From Pseudomonadota bacterium (GTDB lineage Bacteria > Pseudomonadota > Gammaproteobacteria > Steroidobacterales > MnTg04), in the NCBI GenBank assembly GCA_022560735.1, contig JADFSO010000008.1, positions 10,691-74,690 on the forward strand: a stretch of DNA of 64,000 bases. Direction: 5' to 3'. Under the pieces are notes generated by a model. That model was not told the origin of the DNA, did not search any database, and was given only the letters and a program-made list of their open reading frames with translations. This document shows positions 47,178 to 57,646 of this stretch, piece by piece; the first letter of the stretch is position 1, and the number at the start of each line of letters is the position of its first letter. Made by a program: the position numbers and the translations under genes.

Positions 47178-47948
47178 ATGGTTTTTGATTTTGCCCTGAT
47201 TTTGTCGATTGCCACGCTGTTTACCGGCCTCGTCTGGCTGATTGACGTGCTGGTTTTGCGGCCCAGGCGGGTAGCCGTCGATGGGTCGGCGAACGAGCCG
47301 GTACTGGTCGAGTATTGCCGTACTTTTTTCCCGGTCATCCTGGTTGTCCTGCTGGTCCGATCCTTTCTTTTCGAACCGTTTCGGATTCCTTCCGATTCGA
47401 TGATGCCAACCTTGCTCAATGGCGATTTCATTTTTGTGAACAAGTACGCATACGGCATACGCCTGCCGGTGATAAACAAGAAGATAGTTGAAATCGATGA
47501 ACCCGAGCGTGGAGATGTGGTGGTATTCCGGTTGCCGGCGGATCCGGGCACGAATTACATCAAGCGCGTCGTTGGTCTGCCGGGGGATCGTATTGCCTAT
47601 AGCGCAAACCGGCTGTATATCAACGGCGAACGGATGCCGACAAACATGCGTGGCGCCTACCGGGAATTTGATTATGAAGCCAACCTCGTGGAGGAGTCGC
47701 TCGGTGACAAAGTGCACGAGCTGCTCCTGATGCCGCAGCGGCACAGCCGGGAAGGCGAATGGCGGGTTCCGGAGGGTCATTATTTTGTCATGGGTGACAA
47801 TCGCGACAACAGCAGGGACAGCCGCTTCCCGGGGGTAGGCGCGATACCCGAATCGCTGCTGGTTGGACGCGCGGTCAGAATCTGGATGAACTGGAATTTT
47901 CCGGAGGATGGACCGCTCTGGGATCGCGTGGGCGAGAGAATAGAGTAG
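47178..47948 (+). CDS. lepB: Signal peptidase I
   Basis: EPFRIPSDSMMPTL, NYIKRVVGLPGD, MGDNRDNSRDSR. Confidence 0.96.
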   Translation: MVFDFALILSIATLFTGLVWLIDVLVLRPRRVAVDGSANEPVLVEYCRTFFPVILVVLLVRSFLFEPFRIPSDSMMPTLLNGDFIFVNKYAYGIRLPVINKKIVEIDEPERGDVVVFRLPADPGTNYIKRVVGLPGDRIAYSANRLYINGERMPTNMRGAYREFDYEANLVEESLGDKVHELLLMPQRHSREGEWRVPEGHYFVMGDNRDNSRDSRFPGVGAIPESLLVGRAVRIWMNWNFPEDGPLWDRVGERIE

Positions 47949-47970
47949 TCGTTGCGAACAGGAGAGAGTC

Positions 47971-48339
47971 ATGCGGAACAAACAACAGGGAATGACCTTT
48001 CTCGGGTTTCTGGTAATTGCGGTGCTTGCGGGCATGCTGGTTTTCGCAGGTCTCCGCTTGACGCCTGTGTACCTGGAATACATGAAAATCGTATCGGTCC
48101 TCGATGGCGCCAAGAAAGAATTCGATGGTACGTCGGTGGAACTGGCGACGCTGAGACGTTCCATACAGAGACGTTTTGATGTCGAAGCCGTAACGATAAT
48201 TCGCGTCCAGGATATTCATCTGAGCAAGAGCGGCACCGGTGGCTATATATTGCGGGTAAAATATGCACACAAAGCGCCGTATATTGCGAACATCAATTTT
48301 GTCGTGGATTTCGCCAAGACTGTCGAGATCGTGCGGTGA
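47971..48339 (+). CDS. DUF4845 family protein (pilin-like N-terminus)
   Basis: QQGMTFLGFLVI, LRLTPVYLEY; conserved position between lepB and rnc. Confidence 0.82.
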   Translation: MRNKQQGMTFLGFLVIAVLAGMLVFAGLRLTPVYLEYMKIVSVLDGAKKEFDGTSVELATLRRSIQRRFDVEAVTIIRVQDIHLSKSGTGGYILRVKYAHKAPYIANINFVVDFAKTVEIVR

Positions 48340-49022
48340 TACAGACGGCGGATCTGCCGGCCGAATGGTTAGACAAGAAATTCAATTACCGCTTTTCTGA
48401 CGGCAATCTGTTCCTGGCCGCGGTGACCCACCGCAGCGCCGCCGGTCACAACAACGAGCGGCTCGAGTATCTTGGCGATGCGATACTCGGTTTTCTGGTG
48501 GCGAAAAATCTCTATCATTTTTTTCCCGGAGCCAGTGAAGGAGAACTGACGCGCCGGCGCGCGGCGCTCGTGCGCAGGGAAACGCTGGCTGAAATCGCCA
48601 TCGAGCTGGATCTTGGCGCGCAGCTCAGACTGGGTTCGGGTGAACTGAAATCAGGGGGCTATCGGCGGGATTCCATACTCGCGGATAGCCTTGAGGCTTT
48701 GCTTGGCGCGATATATCTCGATGGCGGGCTGGGCGCGGTCGAAGAAATCATCGATTCACTTTTTTATCAGCGCATGGCGGATGAGTCGGGCAGCGAGCTC
48801 AAGGATCCCAAGACGCGCCTGCAGGAATACCTGCAATCCAGGGGGCTGTCGCTGCCGGTATACGAGGTAACGGAGACCCTGGGCCAGGCACACCAGCGGA
48901 CTTTCCGGGTCAGTTGCGATGCGGCGGATCTCGATCTGTCGGGATCCGGCACCGGTAGCAGCAGACGGCGTGCCGAGCAGTGCGCGGCAGTGGTTATCCT
49001 GGAAAAAATCGACCATGGCTGA
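48336..49022 (+). CDS. rnc: Ribonuclease III
   Basis: HNNERLEYLGDAILG, LADSLEALLGAIYLDGG, dsRBD DPKTRLQEYLQ. Confidence 0.97.
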   Translation: MIQTADLPAEWLDKKFNYRFSDGNLFLAAVTHRSAAGHNNERLEYLGDAILGFLVAKNLYHFFPGASEGELTRRRAALVRRETLAEIAIELDLGAQLRLGSGELKSGGYRRDSILADSLEALLGAIYLDGGLGAVEEIIDSLFYQRMADESGSELKDPKTRLQEYLQSRGLSLPVYEVTETLGQAHQRTFRVSCDAADLDLSGSGTGSSRRRAEQCAAVVILEKIDHG

Positions 49023-49908
49023 AGCGTTTCGCTGTGGCTTCGTTGCGTTGGTAGGGCGGCCCAATGTCGGCAAATCCACGCTGCTAAACCGGCTGGTCGG
49101 ACAAAAAATCAGCATCGTAACGCCAAAAGCGCAAACCACAAGACACCGTATCCTGGGGATCGTCACGCGGCCGGATGCGCAGGTGATCCTGGTCGACACG
49201 CCCGGTCTGCACCGCAGCGACTCGAGCTATCTGAACCGGCTGATGAACCAGGCGGCGATCGCGGGGCTCGATGACGCTGACCTGGTCCTGTTCATGACCG
49301 AAGCGTTACGCTGGAATGAAAAGGATCAGCGGGTGCTGGAAATTCTGCAACACCGTGATCGGGAGATCATCCTGGTCATCAGCAAGATCGACCAGGTTCG
49401 CGACAAGCAGCAGTTGCTGCCGTTCATTGCGACGCTCAGCAAAAAGGCGGATTTCATCGCCATCGTGCCGGTGTCCGCGAGGAAATCGATCGGTCTGGAC
49501 AGTCTCAATGCCGAGATCCTGCCAAGGCTGCCGGTATCGCCGGCCTTGTTCGACAGCTCGCAGCTCACCGATCGCAGCCGTGAATTCCGGGCCGCGGAAA
49601 TCATTCGCGAAAAGCTGATGCTGATGTTGCAGGAGGAAGTACCCTATGGAACGACCGTGCAGATCGAACGCTTCGAAAAGGGCGGCAAGGGCTATGTGAT
49701 TTCCGCCCTGATCTGGGTCGCGCGGGCGGGACAGAAGAAAATAGTTATCGGGGCCAAAGGCAGTATGATGAAAAAAATCGGCTCGGCGGCGCGCAAGGAT
49801 CTGAAGCGCTTTGTCGGGGAACCGGTACACCTGGAACTGTGGGTCAAGGTCAAGGAAAAATGGGCGGACAATGAAATGGCGCTCAAAAGCATGGGGTATG
49901 AGTTGTAG
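49015..49908 (+). CDS. era: GTPase Era
   Basis: GRPNVGKSTL, QTTR, DTPG, KH domain with LELWVKV. Confidence 0.97.
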   Translation: MAEAFRCGFVALVGRPNVGKSTLLNRLVGQKISIVTPKAQTTRHRILGIVTRPDAQVILVDTPGLHRSDSSYLNRLMNQAAIAGLDDADLVLFMTEALRWNEKDQRVLEILQHRDREIILVISKIDQVRDKQQLLPFIATLSKKADFIAIVPVSARKSIGLDSLNAEILPRLPVSPALFDSSQLTDRSREFRAAEIIREKLMLMLQEEVPYGTTVQIERFEKGGKGYVISALIWVARAGQKKIVIGAKGSMMKKIGSAARKDLKRFVGEPVHLELWVKVKEKWADNEMALKSMGYEL

Positions 49909-50624
49909 TGAGTGATGCACGGCGCGGGCAACTGTATGCTGCGTTTGTACTACACCAAAGGCCATACCGGGACAGCAGTCGAATCGTCGATTTGCTGACC
50001 GCCGAATTCGGCCGGGTCAGCCTGGTCGCACGGGGTATCCGCTCGCGGCGCGGTAATCAGGGGGCGTTGCTGCAGCCGTTTCGGCCATTGCTGGTGGCCT
50101 GGTCCGGGCGCAGTGAAATGAAAACCCTGAATTCGGTGGAGCCCTCCGGCGAGTCCTTTGCCTTGTCAGGGACGGTGCTGTTGTCCGGCTATTATTTGAA
50201 CGAACTGCTGCTGCGCCTGACCCGGAAACACGATCCTCACCCGGAACTCTTTGCGGTATACCACGCCACGCTGGAGCTTCTGCACAGGGGTGAAAATCAA
50301 TCCCGTGCCCTGAGAATTTTCGAAAAAAGACTGTTGGAGTACCTGGGTTACGGTTTGAACCTCGAGCTGACCGCCGACGACAGTCAGCGGGTGGATGCCG
50401 GTCGCCGCTACACTTACCAGGTCGAGCGCGGGCCGCAACTTTCGGTGGCGGAAAATGCGGCCAGCTACGCCGGCCGTTCGTTGCTGTCACTGGCCTGCGA
50501 GGACCTCACGGATGAGCGCAGCCTGCAAGATGCAAGACGTCTCCTGCGCCATACGCTGGATTTTTACCTCGGCGATAAACCGCTGAAATCAAGGCAGATA
50601 CTGTATTCTATGCGCTCATGGTAA
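49908..50624 (+). CDS. recO: DNA repair protein RecO
   Basis: [46 protein letters not shown]. Confidence 0.94.
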   Translation: MSDARRGQLYAAFVLHQRPYRDSSRIVDLLTAEFGRVSLVARGIRSRRGNQGALLQPFRPLLVAWSGRSEMKTLNSVEPSGESFALSGTVLLSGYYLNELLLRLTRKHDPHPELFAVYHATLELLHRGENQSRALRIFEKRLLEYLGYGLNLELTADDSQRVDAGRRYTYQVERGPQLSVAENAASYAGRSLLSLACEDLTDERSLQDARRLLRHTLDFYLGDKPLKSRQILYSMRSW

Positions 50625-51373
50625 GCACCAGTGACAACAACCCGCATGGCATTTTGCTTGGCGTCAATATCGATCATGTCGCGACTTTGCGCCAGGCGCG
50701 CGGCACCCGCTATCCAGACCCGGTTTATGCGGCGCTGATGGCGGAGCAGGCCGGCGCGGACAGCATCACATTGCACTTGCGCGAAGACCGGCGGCATATC
50801 CAGGATCAGGATCTGGATAACCTCAAAGGCGTGCTGCAAACCCGGATGAACCTGGAAATGGCGGCGACCGAGGAAATGCTGGATATCGCCGAACGGACCA
50901 GACCGGCCGACTGTTGCCTGGTGCCTGAGCGGCGCGAGGAATTGACCACGGAAGGGGGTCTCGACGTGTGCGCGCAGGCGGCATTGATCAAGGATGCGTG
51001 CGCGCGCCTGCGTGGTTTTGGCATCAGGACCTCGTTGTTTATCGATCCCGATCGACGGCAGATAGAAGCGGCGCGGGAGGCCGGCGCTGAAGTCGTCGAG
51101 CTGCACACCGGGACTTACGCGGATAGCGGAGAAGAAGCGCGGCCCGGGGAGTTGCAACGATTGGTTTCCGCCGCGGCGCAGGCGGCGGATATGGGTCTGA
51201 CGGTGCATGCCGGTCACGGCCTGCATTATCACAATGTAACGCCGGTGGCGGCGATCGAGGAACTTGCCGAATTGAATATCGGCCACTCGATTATTGCCCG
51301 GGCCGTATTCGATGGTCTTGGCACCGCGGTTTCGGAAATGAAACACCTGATGATCGAAGCCCGTCACAGATGA
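50618..51373 (+). CDS. pdxJ: Pyridoxine 5'-phosphate synthase
   Basis: [45 protein letters not shown]. Confidence 0.97.
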   Translation: MVSTSDNNPHGILLGVNIDHVATLRQARGTRYPDPVYAALMAEQAGADSITLHLREDRRHIQDQDLDNLKGVLQTRMNLEMAATEEMLDIAERTRPADCCLVPERREELTTEGGLDVCAQAALIKDACARLRGFGIRTSLFIDPDRRQIEAAREAGAEVVELHTGTYADSGEEARPGELQRLVSAAAQAADMGLTVHAGHGLHYHNVTPVAAIEELAELNIGHSIIARAVFDGLGTAVSEMKHLMIEARHR

Positions 51374-51783
51374 TTTTCGGTATCGGAACCGATCTGCTGA
51401 ATGCGCGGCGGGTGGAGAAGGTTTATCGCCGTTTCGGCGAGCGCTTTGTCGATCGCCTGCTGTTGCCGGAGGAAAAAAAACAGTTCCGCAAAGTCAAACG
51501 CAAGGCCCGCTTTCTGGCCATGCATTTTGCCGGTAAGGAAGCGGTGGTCAAAGCGATGGGCACCGGGTTTGCCCATGGCGTATGGATACGTGATGTCGGC
51601 ATCGTCCAGGATTCGCGCGGCAAGCCGGAGATTATTTTCTCCGGGCGGGGTCTCGTGGTTTGCCGGCGGCTGGGTATAGGCGGCGGCTTTGTTTCGCTGA
51701 GCGATGAAGACGGCATGGTGCTGGCGATGGCGGTCCTGATCAAAGACCCGGCTTACCAGGCACCTGGAAGCTCAAATGCCTGA
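51370..51783 (+). CDS. acpS: Holo-ACP synthase
   Basis: [28 protein letters not shown]. Confidence 0.93.
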   Translation: MIFGIGTDLLNARRVEKVYRRFGERFVDRLLLPEEKKQFRKVKRKARFLAMHFAGKEAVVKAMGTGFAHGVWIRDVGIVQDSRGKPEIIFSGRGLVVCRRLGIGGGFVSLSDEDGMVLAMAVLIKDPAYQAPGSSNA

Positions 51784-52564
51784 TTGCCTGGTGTTCGATA
51801 TCGAGACCGTACCGGATGTCGATCTGGGCCGCCGGCTGTTCGGACTCGATGGCCTGGCAGACGAAGAGATTGCGCAGGCGATGTTTCACCGGCAGGTGGA
51901 GAAATCCGGCAGTGAATTCCTGCCCCTGCATCAGCACCGGGTCGTGGCCATCGCGGTCGCTTTGCGCGACCGTTCGGGTTTCAAAGTGTGGAGCCTGGGT
52001 GAAGAGGACTCAGACGAAAAAGAGATCATTACGCGGTTTTTCGACGGAATTGAACGATTTACGCCGACGATCGTGTCATGGAATGGTGGTGGTTTCGATT
52101 TGCCGGTGCTCCATTATCGCAGCCTGCTGCACCAGGTCAGCGCACCCAGGTACTGGGAAACCGGCGACGAGGACCAGGGGTTCCGCTGGAATAATTACCA
52201 GAGTCGTTTCCACTGGCGGCATACCGACCTGATGGATGTCATTTCCGGCTTCCAGCACAGGGGCCGCGCGCCGTTGCAGGATATCGCGGTGATGCTCGGT
52301 TTTCCCGGCAAACTGGGGATGAGCGGTGACCAGGTCTGGCCCTGTTTTGTCGATGGCGGGATCGCCAGAATCCGCCATTACTGTGAAACCGATGTACTCA
52401 ATACTTACCTGGTTTATCTGCAGTTTGAGATGATCAGGGGGCGTATCGACGGCACGCAGCTCGCCAGCGAACACGAGCTGCTCGAGAAGGAGCTGGCGGA
52501 ATCCGGCCATCCGCATCTGCACGAATTTCTGAGCGCCTGGCAGGCGGCCGGTAAGCGCCCATGA
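51776..52564 (+). CDS. PolB-like 3'-5' exonuclease (DEDD family)
   Basis: Exo I VFDIETVPD, Exo II SWNGGGFDLPVL, Exo III YCETDVLNT. Confidence 0.88.
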   Translation: MPDCLVFDIETVPDVDLGRRLFGLDGLADEEIAQAMFHRQVEKSGSEFLPLHQHRVVAIAVALRDRSGFKVWSLGEEDSDEKEIITRFFDGIERFTPTIVSWNGGGFDLPVLHYRSLLHQVSAPRYWETGDEDQGFRWNNYQSRFHWRHTDLMDVISGFQHRGRAPLQDIAVMLGFPGKLGMSGDQVWPCFVDGGIARIRHYCETDVLNTYLVYLQFEMIRGRIDGTQLASEHELLEKELAESGHPHLHEFLSAWQAAGKRP

Positions 52565-53874
52565 GCCGTGGCCTGGCGTCTCGCCCCGTGCAAACTGCCA
52601 ATATCATGCGCCTCGATCACAAGGGACGGGGCGAAGCCGATGTCCCCGGCCGCGCGGCCAGGGTGCACCATACGCTGCCGGGCGAACAGGTCACGTTCAA
52701 GCGCCGGCGGCGACGGCGAGGATTCGACGAAGCGGAAATTGTCGAGCTGCTCAGGCCTTCGGCGCACCGGGTCGAACCGCGCTGCCCGCATTTCGGCAAC
52801 TGCGGCGGTTGCTCGATGCAGCATATCGATCCCGGGCAGCAGATCGCGCTCAAACAGGGCTGGTATCGCGAAATGCTGGCCGGATACGAGCTGGAGCCGG
52901 AACGCTGGCTCGAGCCCTTGTCCGGTCCGCAGTGGGCTTACCGCCGCCGCGCCAGGCTGGGGGTCAAGAAGGTCGCCGGCAAGGGCAGGGTGCTGGTCGG
53001 TTTTCGCGAGGTTTTCAAATCCTTTGTCGCCGATATGGATGGCTGTGAAATCCTCTCGGGCAATGTCGGCCAGCTCATAGCCCCGCTGTGCCAGCTGATC
53101 GACGGGCTCAGTATCTGCGAGCGGATTCCGCAAATTGAAGTCGCCGTTGCGGACAATGCGACGGCGCTGGTACTGCGTGTTCTCGATACCCCGACGGCGG
53201 ACGATCTCGAAGCGCTCAGACAATTTGCCGGGTGCCACCAGGTGCGGTTCTATCTGCAGGAGGGCGGTCTGGACAGCGTGCAGCCGCTGATCGAGGGGCA
53301 AGACGCGCTGTGTTACAGACTGCCGGCTTTCGACCTGGAACTGGAATTTTCGCCGGTCGATTTTATCCAGGTGAACGGGGCGCTCAACGAGAAAATGATC
53401 GAGCTGGCAATCGAGTTGTTGGCGCCACGGGATGATGAGCAGGTACTCGATCTTTTTTGCGGTCTGGGCAATTTCAGCCTGGCGCTGGCCCGGCGCTGCG
53501 CCGGCGTGACCGGTATCGAAGGAGACATGGGCCTGGTCGAACGCGCCCATGGCAACGCGATCCGGAACAACATCGACAATGCAGAATTTCTGCCGGCCGA
53601 TTTGTTCTTTCCGTCCGCCGAAGAGCCATGGATGACCGGCCGGTACCCCTGTGTCGTGCTGGATCCGCCGCGCAGCGGCGCCAGCCAGGTTATTCCGTTC
53701 CTGCCGTCCGTGGGCGCCCAGCGTATCGTCTATGTCTCGTGCAACCCCGCCAGCCTTGCGCGCGACGCGGCCAGCCTGGTGGAATTGGGCTATGATTTCA
53801 AGGCGACCGGGGTCATGGACATGTTTCCGCACACCAGTCATGCGGAGGCGATCGCGTTGTTTGCCAGGCCATAG
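52561..53874 (+). CDS. rlmD: 23S rRNA (uracil-5)-methyltransferase RlmD
   Basis: TRAM-like N-terminus, CPHFGNCGGCSMQH Fe-S motif, LDLFCGLGNF, LDPPRSG, YVSCNP, DMFPHT. Confidence 0.92.
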   Translation: MSRGLASRPVQTANIMRLDHKGRGEADVPGRAARVHHTLPGEQVTFKRRRRRRGFDEAEIVELLRPSAHRVEPRCPHFGNCGGCSMQHIDPGQQIALKQGWYREMLAGYELEPERWLEPLSGPQWAYRRRARLGVKKVAGKGRVLVGFREVFKSFVADMDGCEILSGNVGQLIAPLCQLIDGLSICERIPQIEVAVADNATALVLRVLDTPTADDLEALRQFAGCHQVRFYLQEGGLDSVQPLIEGQDALCYRLPAFDLELEFSPVDFIQVNGALNEKMIELAIELLAPRDDEQVLDLFCGLGNFSLALARRCAGVTGIEGDMGLVERAHGNAIRNNIDNAEFLPADLFFPSAEEPWMTGRYPCVVLDPPRSGASQVIPFLPSVGAQRIVYVSCNPASLARDAASLVELGYDFKATGVMDMFPHTSHAEAIALFARP

Positions 53875-53899
53875 AAACCGTTCCCAGGGAGGAATAGCC

Positions 53900-54943
53900 G
53901 TGACGCTGGGCCCGCTGATGCTGGATATCGAAGGTCCCGAATTGACCGCCGAGGATCGCGAGCTGCTGGTCCATCCGCTGATCGGCGGCGTAATTTTGTT
54001 CGGCCGGAATTACCTGGACCCCGGGCAGCTGCAAAAGCTGAGCGATGATATACACGGTTTGCGAACCCCGGCCTTGCTGGTCGCGGTCGACCAGGAAGGC
54101 GGCCGGGTACAAAGATTCCGCAAGGATTTTACCGGCTTGCCGGCCGCGCACCTGGTTGGCAGGCAATCCGACCTGGACCGGAAACAGGGGCTGTTGCTGG
54201 CGGAAAGCTGTGGCTGGGTGATGGCGGCCGAGCTCAGGGCCTGTGGCGTCGATCTGTCGTTTGCGCCGGTCCTCGATCTCGACTCCGGCCTGTCGGAAGT
54301 GATCGGCGACCGTTCGTTTCACTCCGACCCGAACCGCGTGGCCGAATTGGCCGGCGCCTATATGCGGGCAATGAAATCGGCGGGTATGGCGGCCGTGGGC
54401 AAGCACTGGCCGGGTCACGGGGCGGTCAGCGGCGATTCGCACCTGGCGCTGCCGAGGGACCGGCGCGAATATGCCGATATACTCGAGGATATCATTCCCT
54501 TTCAAAAGCTGGCAGATCGCGGCCTGGCCGGGGTGATGACGGCGCATGTCGTTTATCCGCAGCTGGACCTGGTACCCGCGTCGTTTTCGAGCTATTGGAT
54601 CAACGACGAGCTCAGGGGGAAACTGCGATTCAACGGCGTCGTGTTTGCCGACGATCTGAGCATGCAAGGCGCGGCCGGGGCCGGCGATCTGGCGGATCGC
54701 GCGCGCGCCGCATTGGCTGCCGGCGCGGACATGATCATGGTTTGTAACGATCGCAGCGGTGCGATTCGAGTTGTGGAAGAACTGTCGGTATATGACAATC
54801 CCGTCAGCGCGTTGCGCCTGACCCGGCTGCATGGGCAAAACTGCGCGCCCCGCGATGAGCTTTTTGCCAGCGAACGCTGGCAGGAAGCGATAGCGATAAT
54901 AAACAGTGCCGAGCATCAACCCGGGCTGAGTCTGGACGCCTGA
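53900..54943 (+). CDS. nagZ: Beta-N-acetylglucosaminidase (GH3)
   Basis: VDQEGGRVQR, FAPVLD, GKHWPGHG, DSH, MTAHV, DDLSM; GGAGG upstream of the GTG. Confidence 0.95.
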   Translation: MTLGPLMLDIEGPELTAEDRELLVHPLIGGVILFGRNYLDPGQLQKLSDDIHGLRTPALLVAVDQEGGRVQRFRKDFTGLPAAHLVGRQSDLDRKQGLLLAESCGWVMAAELRACGVDLSFAPVLDLDSGLSEVIGDRSFHSDPNRVAELAGAYMRAMKSAGMAAVGKHWPGHGAVSGDSHLALPRDRREYADILEDIIPFQKLADRGLAGVMTAHVVYPQLDLVPASFSSYWINDELRGKLRFNGVVFADDLSMQGAAGAGDLADRARAALAAGADMIMVCNDRSGAIRVVEELSVYDNPVSALRLTRLHGQNCAPRDELFASERWQEAIAIINSAEHQPGLSLDA

Positions 54944-54991
54944 GAAAAATACGACGAGCAGCAAAAAACATCGGCACATCCGGAGGATTTC

Positions 54992-55726
54992 GTGAGCGCC
55001 CTGGGCATTATCGGCAGTTCATCGATGGACGATCTGCCGGGATTCAAGCAATCCCGTGCGAGCAACGAATCGACGCCTTATGGCGACCCGTCGAGCCGCC
55101 TGGCGCATGGGCAGCTTTATGGCAAGCCGGTGATTTTCCTGGCGCGCCACGGTGATGGCCAAAGTATTGCGCCTCACCTGATCAATTATCGCGCCAATCT
55201 CTGGGCATTGCAGTATGCCGGGGTGGAGCGGGTACTCGCGGTCAATGCGGTCGGTGGAATCGGCGAGCGCTGCGTCAGCGGTAGCCTGGTCATCCCCGAC
55301 GATCTGATCGACTACACGCACGGGCGGGAGCAAACCTTTTTCGATGGCGCCGGGCAGGATCTGCGGCATGTAGAGTTTTCGCCGCCTTATGATGAGGAAC
55401 TGAGGCAGCGCTTATGCGCCGCATCATCGGCCGCCCGAATCGGGATAATTCCAGACGGCATCCATGGCGTGGTGCAAGGTCCCCGGCTGGAAACGGCTGC
55501 CGAGATCAAGCGGCTCAAGCGGGATGGTTGCGCGATCGTCGGGATGACCGGCATGCCCGAGGCTGTGCTGGCCAGGGAAATCGGGGTCGCTTATGCTTGC
55601 TGCGGGATCGTTGTGAACCAGGCGGCGGGCATCGGCAGCGGGAGTATTCACATGGAAATCGAGGCGACAAAAGCCGAGGGAATCGCAGTATTCATGCAAC
55701 TTTTACGGCAATTCCTGGCGGGCTGA
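54992..55726 (+). CDS. S-methyl-5'-thioinosine / MTA phosphorylase
   Basis: GIIGSS, TPYGDPS, LARHG, INYRAN, GPRLETAAEI, VGMTGMPE. MTA versus MTI specificity cannot be determined from the sequence. Confidence 0.88.
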   Translation: MSALGIIGSSSMDDLPGFKQSRASNESTPYGDPSSRLAHGQLYGKPVIFLARHGDGQSIAPHLINYRANLWALQYAGVERVLAVNAVGGIGERCVSGSLVIPDDLIDYTHGREQTFFDGAGQDLRHVEFSPPYDEELRQRLCAASSAARIGIIPDGIHGVVQGPRLETAAEIKRLKRDGCAIVGMTGMPEAVLAREIGVAYACCGIVVNQAAGIGSGSIHMEIEATKAEGIAVFMQLLRQFLAG

Positions 55727-55754
55727 TTTTGCACCGGAAGCCTGGAGCAGCCGA

Positions 55755-56684
55755 GTGAAGCAACTTACCGTTACCGCGCTGGAGGCAATCATCGACGCCA
55801 GTGGCCAGGGCGTAATGGTTATCGATGTGAGCGAAGAAGACCGGCCGGTCGTGTTTGTCAATGACGAACTCGCCCGCCTGACCGGCGTTCCAAAATCCGG
55901 TTTTCTGAGCAACGGCGTGGATGAATTCGCCGGTATTTTTGCGGATACGGATATCGTTGCCGATTGTGAGCGTTGCCTGGGCAGCAATTCAACGACCGAT
56001 ACGCTGATCAGCGGCGTCAGACCGGATGGCCGCGCGATTCATGGCGCGATGCATATCGGTTGCATAGAGACCCGCAGCAGAAAAATTTCCCATGTCGTGG
56101 TCTATTTCCGCGAGCTCCACGACCCGGAAATTACCGGCAAACATCTGGCGTCGGTCGATTTCGAATCGGCGATCCGCAGCGATCGCCTGACCGGACTGTG
56201 TCAGCGTCGATATTTCGAGCGCATCCTGACCCGTGAGTGGGGCGGCGCCATCCGGGACAAAGGGACAATCGCGCTGTTTCTGATCCAGATTGACGAGTTT
56301 GGCGAGTACAGCAAGACCTTTGGCCGCCAGGCGGCCGATGCCTGCCTGCGGCGCATTGGCAGTACCGTGAAAGCGGTTGCCAGGCGTTCAAGCGACCTGG
56401 CCGGCCGCTTCGAGAATGAAATCCTGATAACCATGGCCAGGAACATGGACGAGAGTCAGTGCGAGCAGCTTGGCCAGCGTTTTGTCGACCAGATCAGCCG
56501 CTTGTGCATACACCACCCGCATTCGTCAGTTCACCATTATGTCAGCGTCAGTGTCGGCGTGGTCAACGCCGCGCCGGTACCGGGGAGTTTTCCGTTGCAG
56601 GCGATCGAAGAGACCAGGGACGCGCTCGACGAGGCGATCGCGCGCGGCGGCAGACGCGCACTCAGCCGCCAATTCAAAAAGTAG
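55755..56684 (+). CDS. PAS + degenerate GGDEF domain protein
   Basis: N-terminal PAS-like region; C-terminal DRLTGL, IQIDEF, RRSSDLAGRFENEIL where RYGGEEF is expected. Confidence 0.85.
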   Translation: MKQLTVTALEAIIDASGQGVMVIDVSEEDRPVVFVNDELARLTGVPKSGFLSNGVDEFAGIFADTDIVADCERCLGSNSTTDTLISGVRPDGRAIHGAMHIGCIETRSRKISHVVVYFRELHDPEITGKHLASVDFESAIRSDRLTGLCQRRYFERILTREWGGAIRDKGTIALFLIQIDEFGEYSKTFGRQAADACLRRIGSTVKAVARRSSDLAGRFENEILITMARNMDESQCEQLGQRFVDQISRLCIHHPHSSVHHYVSVSVGVVNAAPVPGSFPLQAIEETRDALDEAIARGGRRALSRQFKK

Positions 56685-57579
56685 CGGCCGCCGCGGCATC
56701 GACCGGGTTGCCGTCTGCATCCAGCTCCGGTTGTTCGACCCGGGTGATCAGCGCGACGGCGCCAAACAGCGGGTGATCGAAATAATGAATATCGCCGCGC
56801 TGCATCAGCCGGCTTTCGCTGATCGTATACGGGGTCGGTTTCGCAACCAGGCCGGCGAATCCCGGGTACAAGGGAAATTCCTCATTCTTTTCCCGCGGCA
56901 ACCAGTCGATTTCCAGCAACAGGTGCAAGAACCGGCTCAGGCTCAAAGTCGCAGTGCCCTCGAGCAATCCCTGGTCGTTGTTCCGGGTTGGCAATACGAA
57001 AGCTTCCGTTTCATCGAACGGGACGCCATCCTGTTGCCAGACCTGGTAAGTCAATAACTGGAAATCCCGCGAATCGTTAATCCGCTCGATCAAGTCGGCG
57101 AGTTGCCATTGTTCTTCATCCTCGATGATCTGTGGTGCTCTTCGAGGCTTCGGCTCTTCGGCATCTTCGAGTTCCGGCGCAGGCTCACCGAGGGTCTCTG
57201 ATGCCAAATCCCCGTCGTCAAACCGGGCTTCGTCTTCATCGTCATCGGGCAGACCCGCCAGCGGGTCCGCGATGGCCGCGGGATCGATCAAGGCGAAGTC
57301 ATCGGGATCGCCGATCCCGGATAACAAGGCGTCGAGTTCAGCCAGCGAAGCGGTCGCAAACGGGTCGTATGGGGGAGCGAATTGTTCGTTTCCCGGCGCC
57401 GGATCGAGCTGTCTGAAAACGATAAGCTCGACCTGGTAACGCGGCGGGTATGCGATGGGCTCTGCTTCCTGCCCGGCGCTTTCCCGGGCCTGGCCGAAGG
57501 CCATTGCGGGGATCGCCAGGCACCAAGCCAGCGTGATCACTGTGGCTGCAGGAAACCGATATGACCTTGCATACTGCAT
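56674..57579 (-). CDS. CsiV-like peptidoglycan-binding protein
   Basis: Signal peptide, YQVELIVFRQ, WQQ, GTATLSLSRFLH, ESRLMQRGDIHYFDHPLFG; long acidic insert; lies downstream of mfd. Confidence 0.8.
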   Translation of the reverse strand: MQYARSYRFPAATVITLAWCLAIPAMAFGQARESAGQEAEPIAYPPRYQVELIVFRQLDPAPGNEQFAPPYDPFATASLAELDALLSGIGDPDDFALIDPAAIADPLAGLPDDDEDEARFDDGDLASETLGEPAPELEDAEEPKPRRAPQIIEDEEQWQLADLIERINDSRDFQLLTYQVWQQDGVPFDETEAFVLPTRNNDQGLLEGTATLSLSRFLHLLLEIDWLPREKNEEFPLYPGFAGLVAKPTPYTISESRLMQRGDIHYFDHPLFGAVALITRVEQPELDADGNPVDAAAAATF

Positions 57580-57646
57580 GCCGCGTATTATGGACAAATC
57601 GGCCTCGAATCGATAGCCGAGGCAGCCGCGATCGCGGGCATGGCGA

